Virus record (IMG/VR): IMGVR_UViG_3300021420_000026
Span: 6,221 to 70,220 of that record
Length of the DNA stretch: 64,000 bases
Direction: 5' to 3' (one strand)
Source of the DNA: a virus
Both the position numbers and the translations under genes were made by a program. How positions within the stretch are numbered: position 1 is the first letter of the stretch; each line of letters opens with the position of its first letter. Below, in pieces: positions 1 through 11,500 of this stretch. Under the pieces are notes generated by a model that was not told where the DNA came from, did no database searches, and was given only the letters and a program-made list of their open reading frames with translations.

Positions 1-50
1 TATGTTGGCGGCAACTTCCTTTTCTGGCCGAAGGATCTGCCGCCCAAGTA
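1..50 (+). CDS. 3-prime end of an upstream plus-strand gene (partial)
   Basis: Open frame from the window edge ending at TAG 48-50, immediately followed by the SD aggtga and the ATG at 59. Confidence 0.3.
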
Positions 51-58
51 GGTGAAGA

Positions 59-1141
59 ATGGTTTGGGCGGCAATCGGCGCGGCGGCAATCTCTACCGTC
101 GGCGGATACATCAACAATCAGCAGCAGGCCAAGGCGCTTCGTTCGTCTTCGGGCAGCTCGAGCTTCGACCCCAACGTGCAGGCGGGCACGAATCAGGCCA
201 TCACCACGGCGCAGGGCGTGGCCAACCAGCAGTGGTCCGGCATCGACCCCTCCATAGCCGTCGCAGGCCTCACCCCCAACCAGATCGCCGCCCAGCAGGA
301 AGCCGCGGCCCTCGGCGAGCAGCTTCCCGGTCTCGACGCCACGGCCACGCAGGCCTTCAATCAGGGCAACCTGCAGAAGTACATGGACCCGTACGAGGCC
401 GACGTCCTCGACGTCCAGAAGCAGTACGCGACCCGCGACTACACGCAGCAGCAGGCGGCGCTCGCCTCAAAGGACGTGATGAACTCGTCCTTCGGCGGTG
501 ACCGCAGCGTGCTCGCCAACAACGCGCTCACGCGAGACTACAACCTCAATCTCGAGAACATCCAGAAGACCGGGCTGAGCAACGCTTTCAACTTCGGCGT
601 CGGCGCCTTCAATCAGGACCGCAGCTACGCCGCGGGCGAGGGCTCGGCCATTCGCGGCGCTCTGTCGAGCACCGGCGCCGTCGCGCAGGCCACCAATCAA
701 AACCTAGGCAACTTCAAGACCGCGCAATTCAACGAGCAGCGCGACTGGGCGAAGAACCAGAACGCCTACCTCGCGCAGATCCTCGGGCAGGTGCCGAAGG
801 GCAGCGCCTACAGCGGCAACATGTCCTCGTACAACACCCCGGCTGGAGGCGGCTGGGGAGGCGCGCTCGCGGGCGCGTCACAGATCGGGCTCGCAGGTCT
901 CAGCGCCTACAATAACAACAACCCGTCGACGCCTGCAAACTCAGGCGACATGACAGGCGGCGTCTACAACGGCGGTGCCTTCGGCGGTGGCGCGCCTCTG
1001 GGTAACTCCAGCACCGGCTACCCGGACACGCCGGGGCCGATGCCAACACCGAGTTTTGGGCCGACCACAGGAGCCGGCGGCGGCGCCTTCGACTTCAGCC
1101 TGACTCAGGCACCACCGATGCAAAGCGTACCGGGAGGCTGA
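59..1141 (+). CDS. Gln/Asn/Gly/Ser-rich low-complexity virion protein (putative internal or ejection protein)
   Basis: 360-aa ORF with SD aggtga 5 nt upstream; QQQ, NNNN and GGG runs; first of three coupled genes ending in the giant ORF; no catalytic motif recognised. Confidence 0.5.
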   Translation: MVWAAIGAAAISTVGGYINNQQQAKALRSSSGSSSFDPNVQAGTNQAITTAQGVANQQWSGIDPSIAVAGLTPNQIAAQQEAAALGEQLPGLDATATQAFNQGNLQKYMDPYEADVLDVQKQYATRDYTQQQAALASKDVMNSSFGGDRSVLANNALTRDYNLNLENIQKTGLSNAFNFGVGAFNQDRSYAAGEGSAIRGALSSTGAVAQATNQNLGNFKTAQFNEQRDWAKNQNAYLAQILGQVPKGSAYSGNMSSYNTPAGGGWGGALAGASQIGLAGLSAYNNNNPSTPANSGDMTGGVYNGGAFGGGAPLGNSSTGYPDTPGPMPTPSFGPTTGAGGGAFDFSLTQAPPMQSVPGG

Positions 1142-1142
1142 C

Positions 1143-2504
1143 GTGCCATTCGACAGCCAAGACTACGTCAACAGGTTCGGCGGCGCGCTTGCGGCCGCGG
1201 CGCAGGCAGATCGTCCCGACGTCGGCTCCGATCAGGGCCCGGGATCCGCTGACCTCGAGGGACCGGCGCTGGGCTCATACGACCCCGATCAGGAGTCGAA
1301 TCAGGCGCGCACGCAGTCCGGCAGCAAGAATGTGGCGCCGATGCCGAGCGCGTGGCAGATGTTCCGCGGCTCGCCAACTCCTCCGGGCGCGACGAAGGGC
1401 GGCGCCCTCAACGGCGGCGGCGCCGATCCCAGCACGGGCGCGCCCGCCAACCTTGGCGTTACCGACCAGTCCCCGGACCAGTCGGCGCAGAACGTCGCGC
1501 ACGCGCGCAGCATGGAGCAGCTCAGCGACGACGATCTCAAGGAGTACCGGGACTACATAAACGGCCACCTCGGCAACACCGGGCTCACGCACAAGGACAC
1601 CGGCGACAAGATCGACTTCGACGCCCTCTACCAGCACACGTTCGATAAGAGCCTGCATGATCACGCCGAGCTGGCCAACATGACCGAAGCGCAGGCCTCC
1701 AAGTTCACGAACCCGACGTGGCGCGACAAGATCGGCATGTTCCTCGACGCGCAGAACCGCGCCGGCATCATCCACTCCCAGAACCCAACGCTCTCGCAGG
1801 GAGACATCTGGGCCATCGCCACGCGCAACGCCTTGCAGGGCTGGGCGCAGAACGCCAAGGGCATGCACGACGCCGTCGTCGCGCAGACCGGCGCGCTGCA
1901 GACTCAGGCCAAGAAAGACGCCGAGGAAGCCATCAAGCGCCAGATGGATCAGGCCGGCTACATGGACAAGATTTCGACCGCGCGCAAGGCCAACAGCGAC
2001 GCCGACAAGCTCGACATCGACAACAAGAGCGAGGCGCGCCTGCGCGAGGCCGAGATCAACGAGAAGAACGCGAGCGCCTCCGACAAGAGGAACGCCGCGG
2101 CCAAATCCAACAAGGGCGACCTCGTCACCGTCAAGAACGATGACGGCAGTGAGAGCACGGGCTACATTGACCCCAAGACCAACACGTTCACGCCCGCCAA
2201 GGACGCGAGCGGCAAGCCCGTCGGCGGACAGGTCAGCAAGACCGGCACCGACAAGCCCAAGCCCGAGGTCGACGACAAGCTCATGACGCAGGCCCGCGAG
2301 GCCTACGAGGGTGAGCGCAAGGCCATTCGCGCCAACCTAAAGAACCGCAAGCTCACGGATCAGCAGGTCTCGCAGCAGGCGCTCGAGCAGCTCAAGACGG
2401 CATCGCCGGTGCTCTACCGCGCGTTCACGCAGACCCCGGACACGGCGCCGACCAAGAAGCCCGGCGCACCGGCAGGAGCACAGCCGCCGAGCTGGGCGCA
2501 GTAA
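1143..2504 (+). CDS. hypothetical virion protein with Gly/Pro-rich N-terminus and Lys/Glu-rich coiled-coil C-terminus
   Basis: 453-aa ORF starting 2 nt after the previous stop; its stop is 4 nt before the giant ORF start. Confidence 0.5.
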   Translation: MPFDSQDYVNRFGGALAAAAQADRPDVGSDQGPGSADLEGPALGSYDPDQESNQARTQSGSKNVAPMPSAWQMFRGSPTPPGATKGGALNGGGADPSTGAPANLGVTDQSPDQSAQNVAHARSMEQLSDDDLKEYRDYINGHLGNTGLTHKDTGDKIDFDALYQHTFDKSLHDHAELANMTEAQASKFTNPTWRDKIGMFLDAQNRAGIIHSQNPTLSQGDIWAIATRNALQGWAQNAKGMHDAVVAQTGALQTQAKKDAEEAIKRQMDQAGYMDKISTARKANSDADKLDIDNKSEARLREAEINEKNASASDKRNAAAKSNKGDLVTVKNDDGSESTGYIDPKTNTFTPAKDASGKPVGGQVSKTGTDKPKPEVDDKLMTQAREAYEGERKAIRANLKNRKLTDQQVSQQALEQLKTASPVLYRAFTQTPDTAPTKKPGAPAGAQPPSWAQ

Positions 2505-2507
2505 TAC

Positions 2508-5500
2508 ATGGCCGACACAGACGCGCAGGATAGTGGGCAAGTCGCGCAGCCCGCCGCGGACAGCAGTCCGCCGGCACAGCCGACGCCACAGCCTTCAGAC
2601 ATCGACTATCTGAAGACCAACCCGCACGTGTGGCAGAAGTTCCAGAAGCAGTTCGGCCAGCTGCCAGACGGATTCGAGAAGCCCGTCCCCACGCAGACGG
2701 ACATCGACTACCTCAACACCAACACCAGCTCGTGGCCCAAGTTCGAGGAGGCCTTCGGCGCCCTCCCCAAGGGATGGGCCGCTGACAAGCCGGCGAAGCT
2801 CGGCGACTGGGAGGGCGACCTCCCCACCGTCACCGTCAAGCCCGGCGCTCCCGAGTCTAGCTGGGCAGACGTCGGCCGCTCGGCGCTGACCACCATAGGT
2901 GCCGGCGAGGAGCGCGTGGGCGCAGCCGTGCAGGAAGCCGGTGGCGTCAAGTCCTTCCTCAGCGGCGCCGTCACCGGCATCCTCAACAAGGCCACGGGCG
3001 CCAACGCCGAGGACACGTCGTCCCCGTACTCGCAGGCCGCGATCCAGTTCTGGCAGGCTCAGGTGTTGCCGGAGGCGCTGAAGTGGGCGCAGGAGAACAA
3101 GGCCTCGCTCACCGACGACCCCATGGTGAAGTCGGCGGCGGAGCGCGTGGGCTTGCGCCCCGACCAGTTCACCAAGGACTGGCCGACGTACGCGAAGATG
3201 ACGCCCGACCAGCTCGAGGCCGCGAAGTCCGAGGCTCGGTCGAAGATGCAGTCCTCTCAGGAGGACATGCTCAAGGGCTCGGCGCGGCGCAAGCTCGCCG
3301 GCCAGACAGAGGAGGCCTACGCCCCCAGCGTCCCCGAGGGCTCGCTCAAGAGCGCGGCATTCACCGCGGCCACCAACGCCCCAGACATAGCCGGCGCCGT
3401 CGCCGTGGGCATGCTCCCGTTCGGCCAGATCCCGGCGGCGGCGATGTTGGCCTCAGACTTCACCGCGCGCGCGTACTCCTCGGGCAAGGACATGGGCCTC
3501 AGCGACGCCGACGCCAAGGCCTACGGTGTGCTATCGGGCGCGACCACGTTCGTGCCCGGCGTCAGCGTAGGCTCGATGCTGGCCAAGGCCCCGGGCACCG
3601 GCCTCCTCCTCAAGACCGCCATCGGCAAGGCCCTCGGCGACTCCGCGGCGACCAAGCTCGCGGGCGGCACCCTCGACCAGGGGGTGGCGCTGGCGACGAT
3701 GAACCTCCTGCAGCAGGGCGTCGACAAGGGCTTCATCAGCCCCGACATGTCTCTGAAGGACGCGATGCAGACGATGCTGCACGAGATGGGCAGTAACGCC
3801 GGCATGGCGGCGGCGCTCACCGGATTCCATATGGCCGTGCACCGCGCGGCCAACGGCCCCCAGACTCCGAAACAGCTGGAGGACAGTCTACGCCCGCAGG
3901 GTGGCGCCGTACCTGAGGCCAGCGATGAGGCCATCCTGCAGGCGATCACTGACCAGCAGCCCGTCAAGCCCGAGGACATCAAGGCCCTCGCCGGCAAGGG
4001 CCTGATCACCGTCGGCAAGAACACGGGCAAGCCCATGATCCTGCCCGCTGGCAAGCGCTTCATGGACGAGGCCAAGACCGCGCGGGAATCGGCCAGCGAA
4101 GCGGCCAAGTCCAACGCCGAGGTCGACTCCAAGGCCACCGAGGAAGCCGACACCAGCGAGAAGGCGCCGCGCACTCCCGACGAGGCCGAGGATCAGGCTA
4201 CCGCTGACGCCCGGCGCGCGGGCGCGCACAACAACGCCATGCAGCCTGAGATGCGCGAGAAGCAGCGCCAGATAGACGTCGCCTTCGCCGACCGCGACGC
4301 CGAAGCCGAGCGCGCGAAGGCCAACGACTACATCAAGGCTCAGAACCAACGCGCCGACGAGATCATCGCCAACAGCGAGCATGCCGTCAGCGAGAACCCG
4401 GGGAAGATGAGCATCGGCGACGCCCTAGCCACCGCGCGTCAGGCCCCGGACGCCATCCGCCAGCAGATCCCGCGCAACCCCGATCTCACGCCGGAGGAGC
4501 GCAACATCGAGTCGAAGTTCATCGACCAGATCGGCAGCAACGTCAACAAGGCCATCGACGACTACAAGAAGATGCCTGCCACTGACGGCGGGCGCATGAT
4601 CAGCACCGACGAGGTGCGCATGTTGAGCCCCGACCACCAGAAGGATCCGAGCATGGCCGAGGCCATTCACGAGCCGTCGTCGTGGCTGGCCAACGTCATG
4701 TTCCGGCGCGCGCTCGCTGAGCCCCCGGGCCCGAATCAGGACAACCACGTCATCTTCACTTCTGGCGGTTCTGGCAGTGCCAAGTCGTCGTCCCTCTTCG
4801 GCAACGAGCACGAGAACAACTCCCTGACCAAGCGCGCGCAGATCATCTACGACACGGCCATGGAAAGCCCGGCAAACGCCATGAGCAAGGTCGAGGCCGC
4901 GCGGCAGGCCGGAAAGTTCGTGAGCGTGGCCTTCGTCTACCGCGACCCCGTCGAGGCATGGCGCAATGGTGTCCTGCCGCGGGCCATGGAGAACGGGCGT
5001 ATCGTCAACAACCGCGCACACGCGAGCACGCACACGGGCGCGCCCGAGGCCGTACGCCAGATCCTAGAGAAGTACAAGGACGACCCCAAGGTCTCCGTCA
5101 TCGCCATCGACAACAGCCGCGGCGACGGCAAGGCAGAGCTGATGGACCCCTCAGAGGCCATCAAGCTCCCATCGAAAGTCAGTATCGGTCGCCTCAATCG
5201 CGAGGCGCTGGAGGCGCTACATGCCAATGAAATTTCCGACCACGTCTACGAGAGGGCCACTGGTCTCAGCGCCCCGGCCCGCGGTGAAGATGGGGAGTCT
5301 GCAAAAGACACAAAGGGCGAGCTTTCTCGGGACCGAGATGCGAAACCGGCTGAATCAGAACATCCGCCAGCTGCGGTACGGGAGCCTGCCGAACGCGGAC
5401 CTGCCGTAGACGGCAAGCTCAACCGCATCGAGCAGCGCTCGCGCCGCCGGCTCGCGGCAGAGCGTGAACGCGCCAGCGCCCTGCGCGTGGGCGGCGGCAA

Positions 5501-8500
5501 GCCCGGCCCGTATACACAGGTCGCTGACTCGCTGCGCAAGAACGGCGCCGCTGGCCTGCGCGAGGTAATGGGCAAGCCCAACGTCGACCGCGCCGACAAC
5601 GTCCGCAGCACCAATTCCTCGCACTCCATTCTTGACACGCTGTTTAAGCACGCCGAGGGCAAGGATCCTCGCGTCGTCGACCTAATCAAGGCGCTGCGCG
5701 CGCACATGCCAGATGTGCCCGTAAACTTCGTCCGCGATGTCGTCGACAAGGGCAAGGCAATCGCCAACGCCATCGGCAGCTACCGAAACGGCGTCGTCCA
5801 GATCAAGATCCAGCTGGGCGCCGACAGCACCTCGCACATGCTGTTGACGGCGCTCCACGAGTTCGTGCACGCCGCTACCTACAGCGCCATCGAGGGCGAC
5901 CCCACGGGTCCGCTGGCGACTAAGATGCAGGCGCTGCTTAACGAGGCCCGCAGCCTCGCCGCGGCACAGTATGGTCAGGCCACGGTGGACGAGCACGTCG
6001 CCTACTTCAAGAACCCGGTTGGCGATCAGCCGCAGAACTACAATCGCAATCTCTACGTTCTCACCAACGTCCACGAGCTTATGGCCGAGGCGTTGTCCAA
6101 CCACGGCGCACAGAAATTCTTGAGCGAACTCGGGGCCGGCGCTCGCCTCAACACGCTCCCGGCCACGGAGCCTCGCGGTCTATTCGGCAAGATGATCGAC
6201 AACATCGCGAAGTTCCTCGGCCTCAAGCCGGACACGCGGTCGCTACTCTCAGACATCATCTCCACCACGGGCCGCGTCATGCAGCAGCAGCCGGCGATGG
6301 GTTTCGGCCGCGCCAACCTCCTGCGCATCGGCGAGGGCGAGGAGCGTGGAGAAGACGTCGCCCGCGATATGGGTGCCGGCAAGCTCTCGAAGCTCGTGCA
6401 GGCCGCGGCCGAACTCGGCGCCCTCAAGATCGTGCGCGGGGTTTCGCGCTTCGAGGACTGGGCGTCGGCAATGACGCAGGAGCTTGGCAAGGGCGTGAAG
6501 CCCGCGCTGCGCCAGCTCTACGACATGGCCAAGGACAAGACCGTCGACATCCGCTCGCTCGTCTACAAGACGAAGAAGACTGGTGAGTTCGTGGGCGGTC
6601 CAGCTGGCGTTGGCAAGGACGACTTGGCGCCACTCCGCGCCTCCCTGCGCAAGCTCGCGCGCGAGGGCGAGTTCGGAAAGGACTGGTACGACGAATCCAG
6701 CAAGGCCATCCTCGACGCCGTCAACGGCGACCGCGAGGAGGCGAAGAAGCTCGCCGGCCTGATGTCGATCTTCAGCAGCGGCGCCGCCGTGAGCGCGAAC
6801 ACGACGATGGCGCTGCGCGCGTGGTATCAGTGGAAAGCCGGCGAGAAGGTCAGCGTCGGCACCGGCAAGAACAACGACGTCGCCCAGCAGTGGCTGGACA
6901 GCGGCGTCGAACCCACGGGTATGAAGCGCTCGAACTTCTACGGCAACCTCCTGCAGTCCCTCGAGGGTGACACATCTAGCGTGTACTCCAACGGGGTCAC
7001 CGTCGACCGGTGGATGATGCGCGCGCTCGGCTACGCCAAAGACGTGCCTACAGAAGCGCAGTACGCCTTCGTCAGCGACCAGATCAGGCAGGTGGCGAAG
7101 TCGCTGAAGTGGACGCCGACGCAGGTGCAGGCCGCCGTGTGGGTGGCGATGAAGACGCGCTGGGAGCAGGTGCGCGCCGACGTCAACAAGGAAGCGCTGA
7201 AGAAGGGCTGGGTCGAGCAGGTCAAGTCGTCCAAGGGCCCGGTGCTCGAGGTTCTCGACCCCGAACGCTACTACGGGAAGATGTTCGACAAGGCCATGGC
7301 GGTCACGCTGGATCCCGAGCACATCAAGCGCAGCGCCGCCAACTTCCGCACTGAGCTGCTCAAGCACCGCGCGCAGGTGTCGTGGGAAGCCATGCCCGGC
7401 TCGAGCAGCCCGCGTATGCGCGGCATCGGCGATCTCCCCATCGAGCACCTCGAGGCTTTCCAGCGAGACGTCTCGCAGGCGCACGTCAACCCCAAGACCG
7501 GCAACGACCAGCTCATGGAGGCCCTCGGCATCCTCAGCATGCGCCACGTCGACGGCAACAGCGCGTGGTTCACCGACCACGGGCAGGTCATGCGCTTCCG
7601 CCATTGGAGCGTGAAGCCCGGCCTCGACACCCTCGACCCCAAGAAGATGGGCACCTCTGGCGTCGGAATGTCGGTAGAAGAGAAGAACCGCCGCAACAAA
7701 GTAACGGCGCTCTACCCCTACGACCTCGAGCCCGGGCAGCCCGAGAAGCTCGTCAGCGACACGGCCCCGCACCAGTACGTTGTCGAGATCCCGGCGGCGA
7801 AGCTCTACGACAGCGCGCGCGACCCCCGCGGATTCAAGCAGGCGGCTATGGAGCCCGTGGCCATGGACGCCGACGGCAACCCCACGGAGCTGGCGTACAA
7901 CCACGACACCTTCGAGCAGCAGGTCAAGGACGCGGGCTTCACTGGCTACTACGTCAGCGACCCCGGCACGGAGCTGCACGGGCAGGCGCGCGTGTTCGAG
8001 CCCGTGCGCGCGACTCCGGCAGCCGAGTACGCGAACACCGAGCCCTCGGGCGTGCTCCCGTACGCCAAGGCCGGCGCGCAGGAGATCATCTACGCCCCGC
8101 TCGCCAAGGGCGCCACCACCGAGCCCGGGGCCCCGCTCGACCCGCAGGCGAAGGCTCTGATGCAGTCCTACGCGGCCGCGCTCGGCAAGCTCAACCATCA
8201 GGACAGCGTGGGCTGGCACCGCCCGCGCTTCGGCCGCATCCCCGAGGCCTTCCAGAACGGCGTCGAGCTGCACATCCCCGGCGCCACGCGCGACGACTAC
8301 ATGCGCGTCTACAAGCAGATGACGGACGAGCTGAAGCGCGAGGGCCTCACCGACAGGCAGGCCGCGGAGTTCGCTCCCGTCCAGACCGACACCGGCGTGC
8401 GCTTCCTCAACTGGGGCGCGCTCGACAACAAAGCATTCCAGCGCGCGGCGCGGCGCGCATTCGCTGAGGACTCACTCTTCGGCAAGAAGTACGAGCACAC

Positions 8501-11500
8501 ACCGTTCGCAGCCGATGGAGGCTTGATCGACAATGACTGGAAACAACATCCCCGCGGAGAAGGCTACGACTCCGTCATCGCCGGCAACGGCCACACCGCC
8601 CGCATCAGGGACGCTCTCCGTGACATCGGGGGGCGCATCGAAGAAGTTTACCGCGACTATGCCAAGCGGTTTCGCCTCGACGACACCACCTCAGAATCTT
8701 CAGCACGTGCGCATCAACCGACCAAGGCTTCCGACCCAATATCCTTGGATCAACTGAAGACGGGGTCCGGGCTGCACGAGGACGTACTGGGCCGCTTTGG
8801 CACGTTCGGGGCCGGAGACACCCTTGAACAGCTGAAGCTGTACGACCTGAAGCGGCTTACAGACAACCCGAAGGATGCAGCCGAGCTTGCCAAGAAGCTC
8901 GGATTCGACGTGGAGTACTTCAGCTTCGAGAGCGATCCCAGTAAGGGCGTGGAGTTTAGGCTTCCCCGACTGGGAAAGAATGGCTACGAGAATGGAAAGC
9001 TGTGGCTCTATGATCCCCGCGTCGGAGCCGGCAGCTTCTACGACACGGAGTACACGCGCGCGTGGCGCATCACCCACGAACTCGGTCATGCGCTCACCGA
9101 GCCTCTGCTGCAGTCACGCTACGGGGACAGCCGTCGGTACGGCCGCCTCGGCCAGACGCTGGAAGTGACCCGCGGCGTTCTCGGTAAGCAGCGCCAAGTA
9201 ACCGAACGCCCGCTCACCCTCATGGAGGCTCAGCGCGCCGTCGAGTGGGAGGACGCCGCATTCCGTGCGCAGCGTGAAGTGCTCAAACAGCTGGGCGTTG
9301 CCATCAGTGATGAGGACTTCGCACGGGAATACAACGTGAACCTGTCCGACGCCGTCTACCGAGTTCTGAGCGGCAATTTCGGCGATCCAGCCCTTAGCGG
9401 CTTCATTCCCAAAAACAGCACACAGCCGCTCGAGGATGTCCTCGGGCTTCTTGCGCGCGCCGAGGGTGTCCTCGCACGCAGTCAGAACCGCGCGCCAACC
9501 GCTGGCATCGACGGACCAAGCTATCGCCCCATCTCCGACTCCGAAATTCGTCAGGCTCTCGAGAATCGCGCGAGCGGCGTGAAGGATGTCAAATTTGCCG
9601 CGCGTGCCGATGAGGCCGTGGACTACCGCGTGGTTGTCAAAGACGGTAAGGGCAACGAGCTGGATGGACCCCATCAGGATCTCCTCTTCAACAACGAACA
9701 GGACGCCTCCGATCATATCACGACCATGGCGGACATGCACGCCGGGCCCGCGGGCGCAGAGGTCGACCACAACCACTTCTGGTCGCAGGTGACGAAGGGC
9801 GGGAAGATCGACCGCACGTTCGCCATCGAGCCCGTGAGCCGCAACCCCTTCCGTGGCCAGAACCCACGCGGCGGCGAGGGCACGCCGGCTCAGCGCTTCA
9901 TCGGCGAGTTCGAGAAGCAGTACCCGGAGTCCGGCGAGATCGGCGAGCGCCTCGTCAACGGCAACACCGTGGTGTCGATGGTGCACGACCCCTTCAAGGC
10001 CAACACCGCCTACGTCCCATACGTGCGCGCGCTGACGCCGGGGCAAGGCGACGGCACCAAGGCCCTGCACGACGTCGTCGGCCTCGCCGACAAGCACGGC
10101 GTCGCCCTCGAGCTGAACGCAGTTCCCATCGGCACCTCGATGCAGTCGCGGCAGCTCATCGACTGGTACAAGAAGCTCGGTTTCCGCGAGGTTGGCGAGC
10201 CCGAGTCGAATGCGTGGGGAGCCACGAGCCAGCTCATGCGCCGCGAGCCAGCGGAGAAGCCCGAGCAGATCCCGCCGTTCGCCACAAATGCCGGCAAGGG
10301 CATATCTGCACAAGATGCCGCCGAGGTCATACGCTGCGCCAAGGAGATGTTCCCGCAGGCGGTCCACCACCTCGCCACCAGCATCGAGGACACGCCCCAC
10401 GAGGTGCAGGCCATCGCTGCCATGCGCGGTCTCACCGACCGCGTGCAGGCGGCGTACGTGCGCGAGTACGACGGCACCCACGTCTACCTCGTCCAGAACA
10501 ATATGCGCAGCGTCGACGAGGCCCTGCGCACCATGGTCGAGGAGAACGTCGGCCACGACGGCATCGCCAAGACCTTCGGCCCGGCCGTGGGCAACCTCAT
10601 GGACGGCTTCCTGCGGAATGAGGCTCTGCGCCCGGCCATCATCGAGATGGCCGCCCGGGAGGGCATCAACCTCCGGGCCGCAACGACCCCCGTGGCTCGC
10701 AAGGAGGCGCTCAGGGCCGCTGCCGAGGAATGGCTGGCCCACGGAGCCGCCCGGGAGATCACCGGCCAGAAGTCGCCTCAGGGGCTCCAGAAGGCCGTGC
10801 GGGACGTTGTGGCGGCCGTCAAGGTCTGGGCGGCCTCCAAGGGGCTGGGCGTCACCCTAGGCCACGACGAGGCCCTACACGCCCTCGCCAAGGCCCACAG
10901 GTACGTGACCAGCGGTGACTGGATGACCCGGATCAGCGAGCAGCGCGAGGAGGCCGAGGCCGGCAAGGTCAAGTTCGCCGCCGTGCCCCCGAGCGGGAAC
11001 GCAGACCTCGACGAGCTGCTGAACGACAAGATCGGTGCCGAGAAGGTGGGCTGGCGCACGCGGCTGTCCGGCGCCGTCCGTGACATCCGCTCGCGCATGG
11101 TCGTCTCCGGCCTCGACCGCATGTACCGCGTCAAGCAGTACGAAGACGACCTCAAGGTGCCGCCGGCAGAGTCCGGGTACATCAGCATGCGCCTGTCCAC
11201 GAACGTGGCGCCGTTACTGCGCAACCTCATCGAGTTCGGCCACCTGCAGTGGACCGAGACGCCGGGCGCCGACGTCGACAAGAGCATGACCCCGGACTTC
11301 AAGGAGGGCAAGCCCCTAAATCAGATCCTCGCCCCGCTCGGCAACGACCCGGCAATGCTCAGGCGCTTCGAGGGCTACCTCGTCGCCCTGCGTTCGCGCG
11401 ACCTCATGGGTCAGGGGCGCGAGAACCTGCTCGAGCAGCGCCACGTACAGGCCGGGCTCGACCTAGCCACCACGTACCCGCACTTCGTCACCATGCAGAA

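Noticed and set aside
1189-2143. Multiple overlapping ORFs in both strands across 1143-2504 (for example 1275-1868 minus, 1718-2143 plus)
   Set aside because: All are Arg/Pro-rich alternate frames of the 453-aa gene, a GC-rich artefact.
6249-8273. 674-aa minus-strand ORF (with 9114-10742 and 11886-12836) inside the giant gene
   Set aside because: Antisense to a strongly coding frame; the products are Arg/Ala/Leu/Val-rich with no motifs, as expected for the reverse complement of high-GC3 coding sequence.
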